From contig NC_042997.1 in NCBI RefSeq assembly GCF_006345805.1, positions 165,292,001 to 165,356,000 on the forward strand: a DNA stretch of 64,000 nucleotides, read 5' to 3'. This document shows positions 38,601-50,600 of the stretch, in pieces. The position numbers were made by a program, and so were the translations under genes. Source of the DNA: Octopus sinensis (taxonomy: Eukaryota). Positions within the stretch are counted from its first letter, which is position 1. Each line of letters starts with the position of its first letter. The notes below the pieces were generated by a model. That model had not been told where the DNA came from, did not search any database, and worked only from the letters and a program-made list of their open reading frames with translations.

Positions 38601-41600
38601 TTGGAGGATCAATAAAATTAGTACCAGTTGAGCACTGGGGTTCATATAACTGACATGCTCCCTCCCTCAAAATTTCTGACCTTGAATGAATTAGATTTAA
38701 CTTGAAAACAATTTGTCAGATGGATAGGGAAATCACTTTAATTACTAGATTTTTATTTTAAGAGATTTTTGATATATGTCCAATGGGAAGAGTTAATGAA
38801 TTTTAAAACAAATCAGACTGGATTCTCGTGCAGCCTTCCAGCATGCCAGCCCAGTCAAACCATCCAACCCATGCCAGCATGGACAACAGACGTTAAATGA
38901 TTTATAGTGTGATAAAAATGAGCACCAAATAAGATCAGATTCATTCAAAATGTCATTTTAGAGTTGTATATAGAAGCTAAATAGTTAAAAGAAGAGATTT
39001 ATAGAGTATATGGTACATCAAGCATTATATTTTACTTTCAACTAAAATTACTACTATCCATGTAAATTTGATCAATTATAAAGTACTAATTCTAATATCA
39101 GTATAGAAATATGTCCAACTGAATTGCTGCCAACAGGATGGAAAGCAGACACAACAGGATGATACAGAATTTAGTAGAGAATACTGGCAGAATGGTTAAT
39201 TGTGATGAATTAATTGTAGAGTTATGAGATCAAGACTGTTGAGTCATGAAGTAAAGAACAGACTAGCATAGTAGCACCATAGTAAACTGCTACAAGAGTA
39301 AAGGCGATGCTTTAGATAGAAATAACTAAAGGGGTGTCAAACTGCAGGATCAGGTGATGAAGATCATGGAGAGGGTCATAGCCCAACTAATTAGGGAGAG
39401 AATTTGCTTAGATGAGATGCAGTTTGGTTTCGTGCCTGGTAGAAGCACCACTGATGCTATATTCCTGGTATGGCAGTTGTAGGAGAAATAGCTAGCCAAA
39501 GATAAACCCCTATACTTGGCTTTCTTGACTTGGAGAAAGCCTTTGAGAGGGTTCCGCAATCCCTTATCTGGTGGGCGGTGCAGAAACTGGAGATTGGTTA
39601 ATAAGAGTTGCACAGGCCTTGTATAGGGATGCCATTAGTAAGGTAAGGGTTGGCAACAAGTATAGCAAAGAATTCCAGGTAGAAGTAGGAGTTCACCAAG
39701 GATCAGCCCCACCTCTTATTCATCATAATCCTCCAGGCAATAAGAATTCAAGACGGGCTGCTCCTGGGAGCTCCTCTATGCTGATAGAACTAGAATAAAT
39801 TTCAGGTGTGGAAACAACGTTTAGAATCGAAGGTCCTTAGAGTCAATGTTGCAAGTCCTAGTAAGTAGGAAGGCAAACATCATAAACCCCTTCAGTAGAA
39901 GTGTGAAGAAGTGTCACTCTCTAACAGTGAAAGGAACTGTGGAAGAGGGAGACCCAGGAAGACATGGGATGAGGTAGCGAAGCATGACCTTCGAACGTTG
40001 AGCCTCACAGAGGTAATGATGAAAGACCAGGACCTCTGGAGATATACTGTGATTGAGAAAACCCAGTAAGGAAAGTGAGATCACAGCCACAGCTTACACC
40101 AGTGTCACATAACCAGCCAATTTAAAAAGTACCTTTGAATTGTCAGGCAACATTTCGTACCTGAGGAGATCTATTGAGTCAAGTAAATCAAAATCAAATC
40201 AAATGGAAATTGTAGTTGTGGCCGTTACCAGTGTTGGTGGCACGCAATAAGCACCATTCATTCATGTGTAGGTTGCTGCCAGAGCCACCTGACTGGCTCC
40301 CCATGCCCGTGGAACATAAAAAGCACCATCCGGACGTGGTCAATGCCAGCACCCCACTGATAACCCAGACCGGCCCTTTTGCCGGTGGCACATAAAAAGC
40401 ACCATCCGAACATGATCGATGCCAGTGCTGCCTGACTGGCTCCCATGCTGGTGGCATGCAAAAAGCACCCACTACACTCTCGGAGTGGTTGGTGTTAGGA
40501 AGGGCATCCAGCTGTAGAAATTTTGCCAGATCAGATTGGAGCCTGGTGAAGCCTCCTGGCTTACCAGTCTCCAGTCAAACCGTTCAACCCATGCCAGCAT
40601 GGAAAACAGATGTTAACGATGATGATGATGAGGTCTGGAAAGAGGGAAAGTACTTTAAAAGATAGGAAAAAAATTTTTTTAAATAAAATAAAATAAAATA
40701 ACAGCTGATAATTGATCCGACCAGAGCTTAAAAGCTTTTTTTGTCAAAATAACACAAAATTATGTCTCAAAAGCAGAAAGAACATTACCTAACAGAAAAA
40801 TGCAACAGCTTTGAAGAGCTGTGTTGAGACATTAAATGTGTTTAAGTGTTATTCAAGCCACTGGCTCTACTGCAATATGGTAGTATTAGAAAATTAGATC
40901 AATAGTGTAAGCATAAATGTGTCAAAGTAATACAGTTAAACATACCAAGATTCTCACAGATTCTCTCCAGAGCATAATAAGTTTTTGTGAGGCCATTGAT
41001 ATTTTGAGGGTTCTCTTGAAGTGTCTTTAACAGATTGTTAAAAAGCAAAGGAAGAAGATGTGGTGCCATATTGTTGATTTCAGGCTGAGATTAAAAGAAC
41101 AATCAGATAAGCAAAAGTGAATTAAAAAAAATAGAGAAAATGAAAAACATGAGAATAATAAAAATAGTAAAAAAGTTGAAACTTTATTGCACTTCCTATT
41201 AAAAAGGAGCTTTATGTACAGGTATCCCAAAAGTCACTGACTGGTTTCAATTTTTAATAACTTAACTTTACAAATAAATACATGAAATTTTGAAACAATA
41301 TAAAGGACATAATGGAAATTAATGAGCACAAGTCAAATTTTGCAACACAACTACATCACATGAAAAATGACATCACTTAAATGGCAACCATTTTCAGCTT
41401 CGCATGCCCATGCTCTTTCCAAAACTTGCACCATAACACACTCAAGAGTTTCAGAACCCACTTCTCTGATTTCTCTTGATGTTCTTCAGTTACACAAGGG
41501 TCTCCGGTTTGTTGACGTAAACCGTCTCTTTCAGGTATCCATGATTGAGACCTTTTTGCACCTGGCCATTTAATGCAGACATGGTTCCAGCAAGATGGTG

Positions 41601-44600
41601 CAACTGCTCATACTGCAAGAGAAACAATGCAGTTGCTACAACAGTGCTTTGGAGAGAGAATAATCTCTTGCTACAGCAATGTCGACTGCCCTTCACGTTC
41701 CCTAGACGTGACTAACTCGGAATTTTTCTTGTGGGGATACCTGAAAGAGAGGGTTTACATCAACAAACCAGAGACCCTGGTGCAACTGAAGGAGAACATC
41801 AATAGAGAAATCAGAGAAGTGGGGTCTGAAATTCTTGAGGGTGTTATAGTGCAAGTTTTGGAAAGAGCACGGGTGTGTGAAGCCGAAAACGGATGCCATT
41901 TAAGCAATGTCATTTTTCATATATGATGTAGTGGTGTTGCAAACTTTGACTTGTGCATATTAATTTCCATTACGTCCTTTATATTGTATCATAATTTCAT
42001 GCATTTATTTACAAAGTTAAGGAAGTTATAAATAATTGAAACCCATCAGACTTTTGGAACACCCTGTATAAATAATAGAATTTTAATTCAATGAAATACA
42101 AATTAAAGTCTATTTAAGCAATAAGAGCCATTATATCAATCTTTTAATGTGAAATGTGTTGAAACAGATCTCATTATCTTAGGAGTCATTATGCCAATAA
42201 TAATACACACATTGGTTCAATACTACTTCTTTAATGTTTGTCAAATATCTAATTAACCGTTTGTTTAATGTATTGGTTCAACAATCAATTGGTTGCTTAC
42301 CAGTCAAAGTCCCTTTGACACAGTTCACGACCTTTTCAGTGACATAGACTCCCCCCCACCACTCTCCAAGATCTGCTCTGATTCAGTCTGAGAATTGGTC
42401 TTATGTCTGTGTTTGCTTAGAAGAGGAGGTATGGTTGAGAGCAAATGAAGAATGTGTGTGTGTGTGTGTGTGTGTGCGCACATGTGTGCATGTGGTTGTG
42501 TGTGTGTATGTGCACCAACCATTCATCACTTAGGAGATTTTTGTTCAGGTTAAATCCAGTCTTGGATTTGCTGCATTTTGCTTGTCATCTCAAAGATATA
42601 TGAGCGCAGGTTGTAGTCCCTTACATGAAGGGGAGGGGAAAACAGGGTATGTGTGTGTGCATCAGTGTGCGCGTGTTAATGTGGTTGATGTGATTCTGTG
42701 AGAGAGTGCATGTTCATGTGTGTGTGTGTGTGTGTGAAAAAGTGTTTGATTATGTGAGTGAATTCCAACATGTGTGAGTATGTGTGTGTGAGAATCTGCT
42801 TGGACATGCAGCGCGGCAGTTTTTTTAATAGGTAAAAAATGCATATGTAGACATGTGCATGTGAGCGTACATACGCATGCGCACATGTTGGTGCGCACGT
42901 GCTTGCCTGTCCATGTGTGCAGGTGTTTGTGTATAGTCACTGTTCATAGATATGTATTTGTATGGATTTCTTTATCCTGCTGACATTTTTCTTGCAGCTA
43001 TCTATACCTACATGTGTGCATGTGTATGGATGTGTAGTGGAAAAAACATGATCACCATATGCTTTACATATGGATGTTTAAAAGTGTGGTTAGATATGAT
43101 TACCAAAATCCTTCAAGACGATACCCTAGCATGGCCACAGCCCAATAACTGAAATCACTAAAAGAATACTAAAGCAATAATCACATGAAAAGCAAGCCTT
43201 TGGTTATTTTCTGTGGGGTTATCACTGAACACGGCACCAAGGAATATGTCTGAAAATTTTGAAGCAAATGATTAAGCAACAATTTGACAAAATGCTGCCT
43301 TTGAATGTTAATGCAGCTGATAATGTTGGTATAGAGCAGGGGTTCCTAACCATATTTTGCTTGAGGACCCCCTAAGAGCTGTCTTATCTCTGCATGTAAA
43401 TTTTTGAAATAAAATATTTGTAGGTCAGTAAAACTAACAATGAAACAATTTTGTTATATTCATAACAAATTTCAAATACAAATCTTGAAAATTTCAAAAA
43501 ATAGGTAGCACTCCTAGTAAACAAAATTTATATATGGACCCACAAATTACAATTTTTTACTCATGGACCCCCTTAAAGCTTCTAAGGACCTTGGTTGGGA
43601 ACCCCTGGTATAGAGTAATCATCCTATACCTTACAACTGAATCATGTAAGAATCATGTCATTTTACTATTAACAAATCAAACATCTGAAGATATCAAAAA
43701 CAGTGACAAACTGATTTTGACAAACCTGACTGACTGACTAAATGATAAAACAAAAAGTTGATCAGTTAACTGGTTAAATGATTAACCAATTGACTAATAA
43801 TGGTTGTAAATTTTAGCATGAGGCTATCAGTTTCAGTGGGAGGTTAAACCAATTATGTCAACTGGTACTTATTTTAACCTTGAAAGGATGATAGGCAAAG
43901 TCAACCTCAGTGGAATTTGAACTCAGAACACAAAGATGGATGAAATGTTGCTAAACATTTTGCCTGGTGTGCTAGTGATTCTGCTAGATCAAAAACTTCA
44001 ACCAATTGACTAATGATAATGATAAAGGAAGTGAAACAAGACCATTAATAATAATCCATTCTACTTTAGGCACAAAGCCTGAAATTGGGAGAGTGGGGAG
44101 ATAGTCAATTACATCGACCCCAAGTACTCAACTGGTACTTAATTTATCAATGCCAAAAGGATGAAAGCAAAGTCAACCACGACGGAATTTGAACTCAGAA
44201 CATAGAGACGAGCGAAATACCGCTAAGCATTTTGCCTGATGTGGTAACAATTCGGCCAGCTTGCCATCTTAACACTAGTAATAATAAAGGAAGTGAGACA
44301 GAACCAGTCTAATAATAATAATAACCAGTGTATTTCTTTATAATTGGCATAATGACTCTCATGACAACAAAATCAGTTTCAACATGAGTTTACATCAAGA
44401 ATCTTACAAACAAGTATTGTATCTTTACTCATAAAATAGCAACCTCAGTTCCTCCTTACCTGAAGATATTCAGCAAACCTTCCAAGTGCAAAAAAGGCCG
44501 CATTCTTCACACACCCTTCATTATCTTCCATTCCTTGACATACACAACTAACAAATGCCTGAAGATGGCTAAAGAATAGAACATCAAGTTGGAAATTACA

Positions 44601-47600
44601 ATTGAAATATCTTAATTTTCTTTATAGATTCAATCATGTATACAATGATATCATTACAATTACAACATCAAATGCAGTTATTCAGTGTGTGTGTGTGTGT
44701 GTGTGTGTGTATACATAATGGTCTATAATATAACAGTTATGGCTCACTATTATATAGAGGTACAAAACAATAGCAGTGACTCTAAGTAGACATGAACTGA
44801 AATGGCTGGAAATTAGACTACTTTGATGAAAGCATTTGTAAAAAAAATAAATTGATTTAAAAAAATTACTTGTATCAAGAAACAAAGATAACTTTTAGTT
44901 TATTATGAAATAAATAAAAATTGGATGAAGTGAGGAGCAGTGAATGATCATTAATTCAAATATTTACTGATAAAGAAAAACTAAAATTTAGAAATAGTCA
45001 TAGTTGAATACGTGGAGACACATGGCCTAGTGGTTAGAGCAGCAGACTTGTGGTCGAGGGATCGCGGGTTCGAATCTCAGACCGGGCAATATGTGTTTAT
45101 GAGCAAAACACCTAAGCTCTACACGGCTCCGGCAGAAGGTAATGGCGAACTTCTGACTCTTTCACCACAACTTTCTCTCACTCTTTCCTCCTGCATCTTG
45201 CAGCTCACCTGCGACGGACCGGCGTCCCGTTCAGGTGGGGAACTTATACGCCAAGGAAACCAAGAAACTGGCCCTATGAGCCAGACATGGCTTGAGAAGG
45301 AACAAACAAATAGTTGAATACAGGTGGAACTTTTTACCTTATACAAGATATACACTATTTAACAACCTTAACAGTTTCACCCTAGGAGAAAACCCATTTG
45401 CACAAATAGCATAAAACTTACTTGTTAATGATATATTCGCTGCAACCTTCTGCAATCATCGCGAGACTTGTGTAAGCTGCTCTTCGACGGAATTTATCTG
45501 GGCTTTTCAAAGCATTTTCTACCAATGGAAGCTAAAAGAAATTGTTTTATTCAGCATCTTTTCAAATTAGTAATTGCTCCATTTATTTTGAACAAATCTA
45601 AGAAAAAAAAATCATGGAAGTTGCTCAATTTAGAAATGTTCTTTTTACTTTGATTCTAAGAGGAAAGACTTCTAAGAGCAGATAGTTTTATTATTGAATG
45701 CTACATACAGTACCAACATCTAACTTATATGCAATTGATAGTAAATACATTGACTTGCCATTAATTTAGAAATTCAAAATAACAAATGCAATTCCCTTAC
45801 TGCATCTGTTTGATAAGAGAAGGGCTGAGGATTTGATGGGAATGCTGGGGTTGGAGGAATCGGTGGAATGGTTGGCAAAAGCAAATGGAGTAAAGTGGTA
45901 TGGCCATGTGTTGAGGAGGGATGAAGAGAATGTTCTGAGGAGGGCGATTGCATTTGAGGTAAATGGAGTGTGAAAACAAAGTAGTCCGGGGGACAGGTGG
46001 AGAAGATTGGGTGGGTAGGTTTGAAAAAGGGGGGCACCCACAACCAGGCAAGATGGTGTGAGGGCAGTTGCTATGGCACTGAGTTAGATCCAGCCAACCC
46101 CATTAACAGGGACAAAACCTGGATTTAAAACACTTATTGATCTTTACAACTTAATTTTATTCTACATAACATAAGGGATACAAAAATTTGAATACATATT
46201 TGACTTATGTTTCACTGATGTTAGCTGCTAAATTAATCTGACCCAAAACACATAACCCTGCTTCAGTTTGATAGACTAAACAAAAAACAGGCTTCTTAGT
46301 TTAAAGTTGAGTGGTTAGCAGTGTGAAAGATATACAGCTACAATTGCAGCTCTTTCGACAACTAAACTTACCATCCATCCAGGCATAGAAAAATGGGCAA
46401 AAAACAATAAAGAAAAAAAACTATGTTTTTGAGCTAAGAGACTTACCAATTTGGAAATAACTTTTTCTGGTGGTAAATGTAAAGCTAAAGTATCAATAAC
46501 CTGAAACAAAAAATAAATGGTAAACTTAAAACAGAAACACACATTCAACAATTTTATAAAGGGTTATGAGTACAACAGGTTGTGGGATTATCAAATAATT
46601 TATCATTTGATGTCCACTATCCATGCTGGTATGGGTTGGACAGTTTGACCAGGGGTGGCAAACTGAGGGGCTGCACCAGACTCTAGTCTGATTTGACATG
46701 GTTTCTATGGCTGGATGTCCTTCCTAACACCAAGCACTCAGAGTGGAACAGGTGCCAAAACGTACAGAATTAAAAGATTTGTCTTGCATCATACAATTTT
46801 TCTTTTTAATGGCATTAAAGATACTGAAACTCAGGCATACATCAGGCTTTGGCCCCCAGTTTCACCATCTCCTCTCTCTGCTTTTTCTCTCATTACTACA
46901 AAGACCTCTGTTCCTCAGAGTTAGAGTCGTATCACCTTCAATCAGATATTCTCGACTCATTTATCGATCCTCTACTCACTATCCTTGTTGTAGCCAACAC
47001 CCACCCATTGCAATACCCAGTCCTTCCTTCCCGGAACATCATTTCTATGAAATTGTCTCCCTGATGTCTTTTCCTTTGCACAAGTACTAACTTGCAACAG
47101 TTCAAAAGGAACATCAATAGAATCAATTTCAGTCTAAAAGGGCTTGTGTTTGTACAACAAAATATCAAATGCTCTGTATCCATTAAACATTAACATCAGC
47201 CTAGTTTGTCAACAGGTAGGCACAAGCTCTAAGAAGGTGTTCTTTAGGTCTTGAGCCAAGATCAACAGAAACAGGTTAGATTATATGAACAAACCTGAGC
47301 AGCATATCTGGTTGGTGTATCTGCTTCTTCGTCATTTTCTTCCATAATATCAAACTCGTCATCCGTTTCAGCACAAATCTCTTCAAATATTACATTCATA
47401 ATCAACACATTGAAATTCTTTTTCAGAATAGCCTGAATTAAGAGAAGAAAAGAAAATGCAAATTCTAGAAGTGTTGAAAATTTATTACATCATGGTAGTT
47501 ATTTTCAATATTTAAAATACACACAAAGCTACTAACATATTCACTTCTTTAGTCCTTTTTAATAATCTTAATTTTTCAATTTTATGTTAGTGAAGAAACA

Positions 47601-50600
47601 GTAGAGTATAACCAGTCTGAGGCCCTAAATATGATCACATGGAACAGCCTGTTCTCTACTCTGTTTTGAGCCTACAGTTCCTTATAAAAATCCAGCTTCT
47701 CCTCGTCTCAAAGTCATTGGTTCCAGACCATTTAAGGTCTAGCCACTGACCACTAAGACAGCCAGTTCCAGTGACAATACCAAACCACCTCACGTTGAGA
47801 CCTACCAATTTCGTCCAACGGCATTATGGCAACCTCAGTCTTCGTCGCCACCATCATGTCAATGTCGCCAACATCATTTTTCTACATACACTGCTCAGCA
47901 AGCAACTCACCCAGGTTCCAACACTTCACTGTTTGTGAATTACTTTACCATGGATCAACAGCAAATATATAAGCTGCATGAACACCTGTACGAGTGACCC
48001 AGGCAGCAGCATCACAGCCATGACTTCATGTACCCATAACTGGCTCAGCATCATGGCCACAACTTCTTGATACAGTATTTCAACTATCATGTCTGACTAA
48101 CTACAAAATGGTATTTTTTGTGTTTATGAACTTTCTTGTCACTTCAATGGCTATGAACTCTTTTACTGTTATCATCTTCATTGCCATTCTTAAACTTTAA
48201 CACACGCATACATTTTGTTCTCATGACTGCCTGTCTATTATTCTGTATACACGACATACGTACACACACAGGTTAACATATCAAATCTTCTCTTAATCAT
48301 TCTACGCCATTGTATCTCCCTTTTTCCATCTGGCAAGTAAATGGTTCCACAAATTTTCCCCTTTACTGTAACAGCTGTGTGATGTGGTACTAGAGAGCCC
48401 TTCCCATCACCTCACATTGCACAGCCCATTACAGATTAATCAGTTCTTCAAAGAAGTAAACACCTTACCTTCTTTTTCAAGGTTATAAGGAGCTTAATGG
48501 TGCTCATTGCTTTCACTCTAATCATATTTTCCAAATCTTTCCTGGGTATTATCTAAAAAGTAAAAATAAATCTGGTTTAATACCAAAAGTATGCTTCTAG
48601 AAGATGCAGATTTAACTTTATATATCACACACATTATATTCAAATCAAAACTACTCCAAAATGCATTCATTTAAAATATCTATTAAATGTATTAACATTT
48701 CCATTTTCAGCCTTACTGAATGAACCAATTATGGTTGATTAAAACTAATATTCAATATTTCACATGACCAAGTGGATAAGTTGTACTTTTAGCTAAATAA
48801 AAAGTGCAAGTGTGGCTGTATGGTTATGAAGCTTGCTTCTCAACCACATAGCCTTGGGTTCAGTCTCACTGCAGAGCATCTTGGCTAGGTGTCTACAGCC
48901 CTCGGTTGACCAAAGCTTTGTGAGTGGATTTGGTAGACAGAACCTGAAAGAAACCCATTGCACAGATATGGGTATGTGTGAATGTGTATACCCTTGGCTT
49001 GACAGCATACAATGGTTGTAAACCAGCATCATCATACAAGCAATGTTGTTCCTTCCCAGTCTTCAGTAGAAAACATGTCCTGGCCATAGAAAATATACAC
49101 TTGCTTGGAAATGGGTGAAGGTTGTCAACAGGAAGTGCAGCCAAAAATTGAAAATGTGTTTCGACAAATTCTGTCTGATTGATGCATGCATAGAAAAATG
49201 GATGTAAGATGATGGTGATGAAGAGAAAATTAAAACAAAGTAGGATTAAGCTTTTCACATGCTTTTGCTCACCTCTAAACAGAGTTGCACAAGATTTTTC
49301 AAATAGGGGACAACAATTGCTACTTCAAATTCAAGCAGACTGTCAAATAATTCCATGCTTTCGCATGCCCATTCCTGAAAAAGAAAACAAAAATCATTAG
49401 CAGAAAGGAAATTTTTGTCTTTGGAATAAGAAAAAAAAAAAGTCAATTGTATAAAAATGTCTTTGCTTGGAAAAAGAACAGACCATATTTGAATGGAGGA
49501 GGGGGAGAACAAACAACTTGTTAGGAAAAAGTGAACAGTGAATAGGCATAGGAGTGGTTGTGTGGTAAGTAGCTTGCTTACCAACCACATGGTTCCGGGT
49601 TCAGTCCCACTACTATAGCCGACCAAAGCCTTGTGAGTGGATTTGGTAGACGGAAACTGAAAGAAGCCTGACATGTATATATATGTTTGTGTGTCTGTGT
49701 TTGTCCCCCCAACATCACTTGACAACCGATGGCAGTGTGTTTACGTCCTCGTAACTTAGTGGTTCGGCAAAAGAGACCGAGAGAATAAGTACTAAGCTTA
49801 CAAAGAATAAGTCCTGGGGTCGATTTGCTTGACTAAAGGCAGTGCTCCAGCATGGCCACAGTCAAATGACTGAAACAATTTGAGTGAAAAAGTATTACAT
49901 TTAACAGAGTAATCTGAACACTTAAGGGTTAAAACAATTTCAGAGTAAAACAGTTACAAATTAATAAGAATAAGATTAAATAAAGCATACTTGATTTTCA
50001 GCAAGCAATTTCTTTACAACATCTATCACAGGAGGAATAAGTTTCTGTACTTGTTTCTGAAATACATAACCATACATTAGAAACAGAATAATTTAAGTTC
50101 CACTACTACATTTTTCTTTTCATATATTCTTTATTTTTCTTCATAAGGTGTAGCAATGTCTGAAATAAACTCTCAGTTATTATACAGATCATTCTGCAAA
50201 TATAGAGATGCTCGATTTGTAACAGACTAACATATTTAATCAGTAGCTTTGTTTTACTGTTAATATACAATGTACCATGCATGTTTGTGTGCATACTTTT
50301 AGAAACCAGAATAAGAGAAAAAGAGATGGCAAAACAAGAGAGAAAAAGAGACAAAACAGGACAGTTTTAAGAAGTGTGCAAGAGAGACAAATGCACTGGT
50401 ATGGTCATGTGATGCATATGGACAAGGACAGCTGTGTAAAGAAGTGCCAGTGCCTAACTGTAGAGGGAATCTGTGGTAGAGGTAAACCCAGGAAGACATG
50501 GGATGAGGTAGTGAAGCATGATCTCTGAACTTTGGGCCTCACAGAGGCAATGACTATTGACCAAGTCTTTTAGCATTATGTTGTGCTTGAGAAAACCCAT

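Noticed and set aside
40250-40480. Repeat-spacer-like pattern (ggcac.taaaaagcacc units)
   Set aside because: These are internal tandem repeats of the RTE 3'UTR in a eukaryotic intron, not a CRISPR array.
45012-45085. tRNA gene
   Set aside because: The A/B boxes belong to a SINE head (TSD, body and tail present) and no complete cloverleaf forms. The same applies to the other tRNA-like heads.
46900-48100. GC-richer stretches with short ORFs flanking exon 11
   Set aside because: No recognisable domain in any frame I translated; probably decayed repeats, left unclassified.
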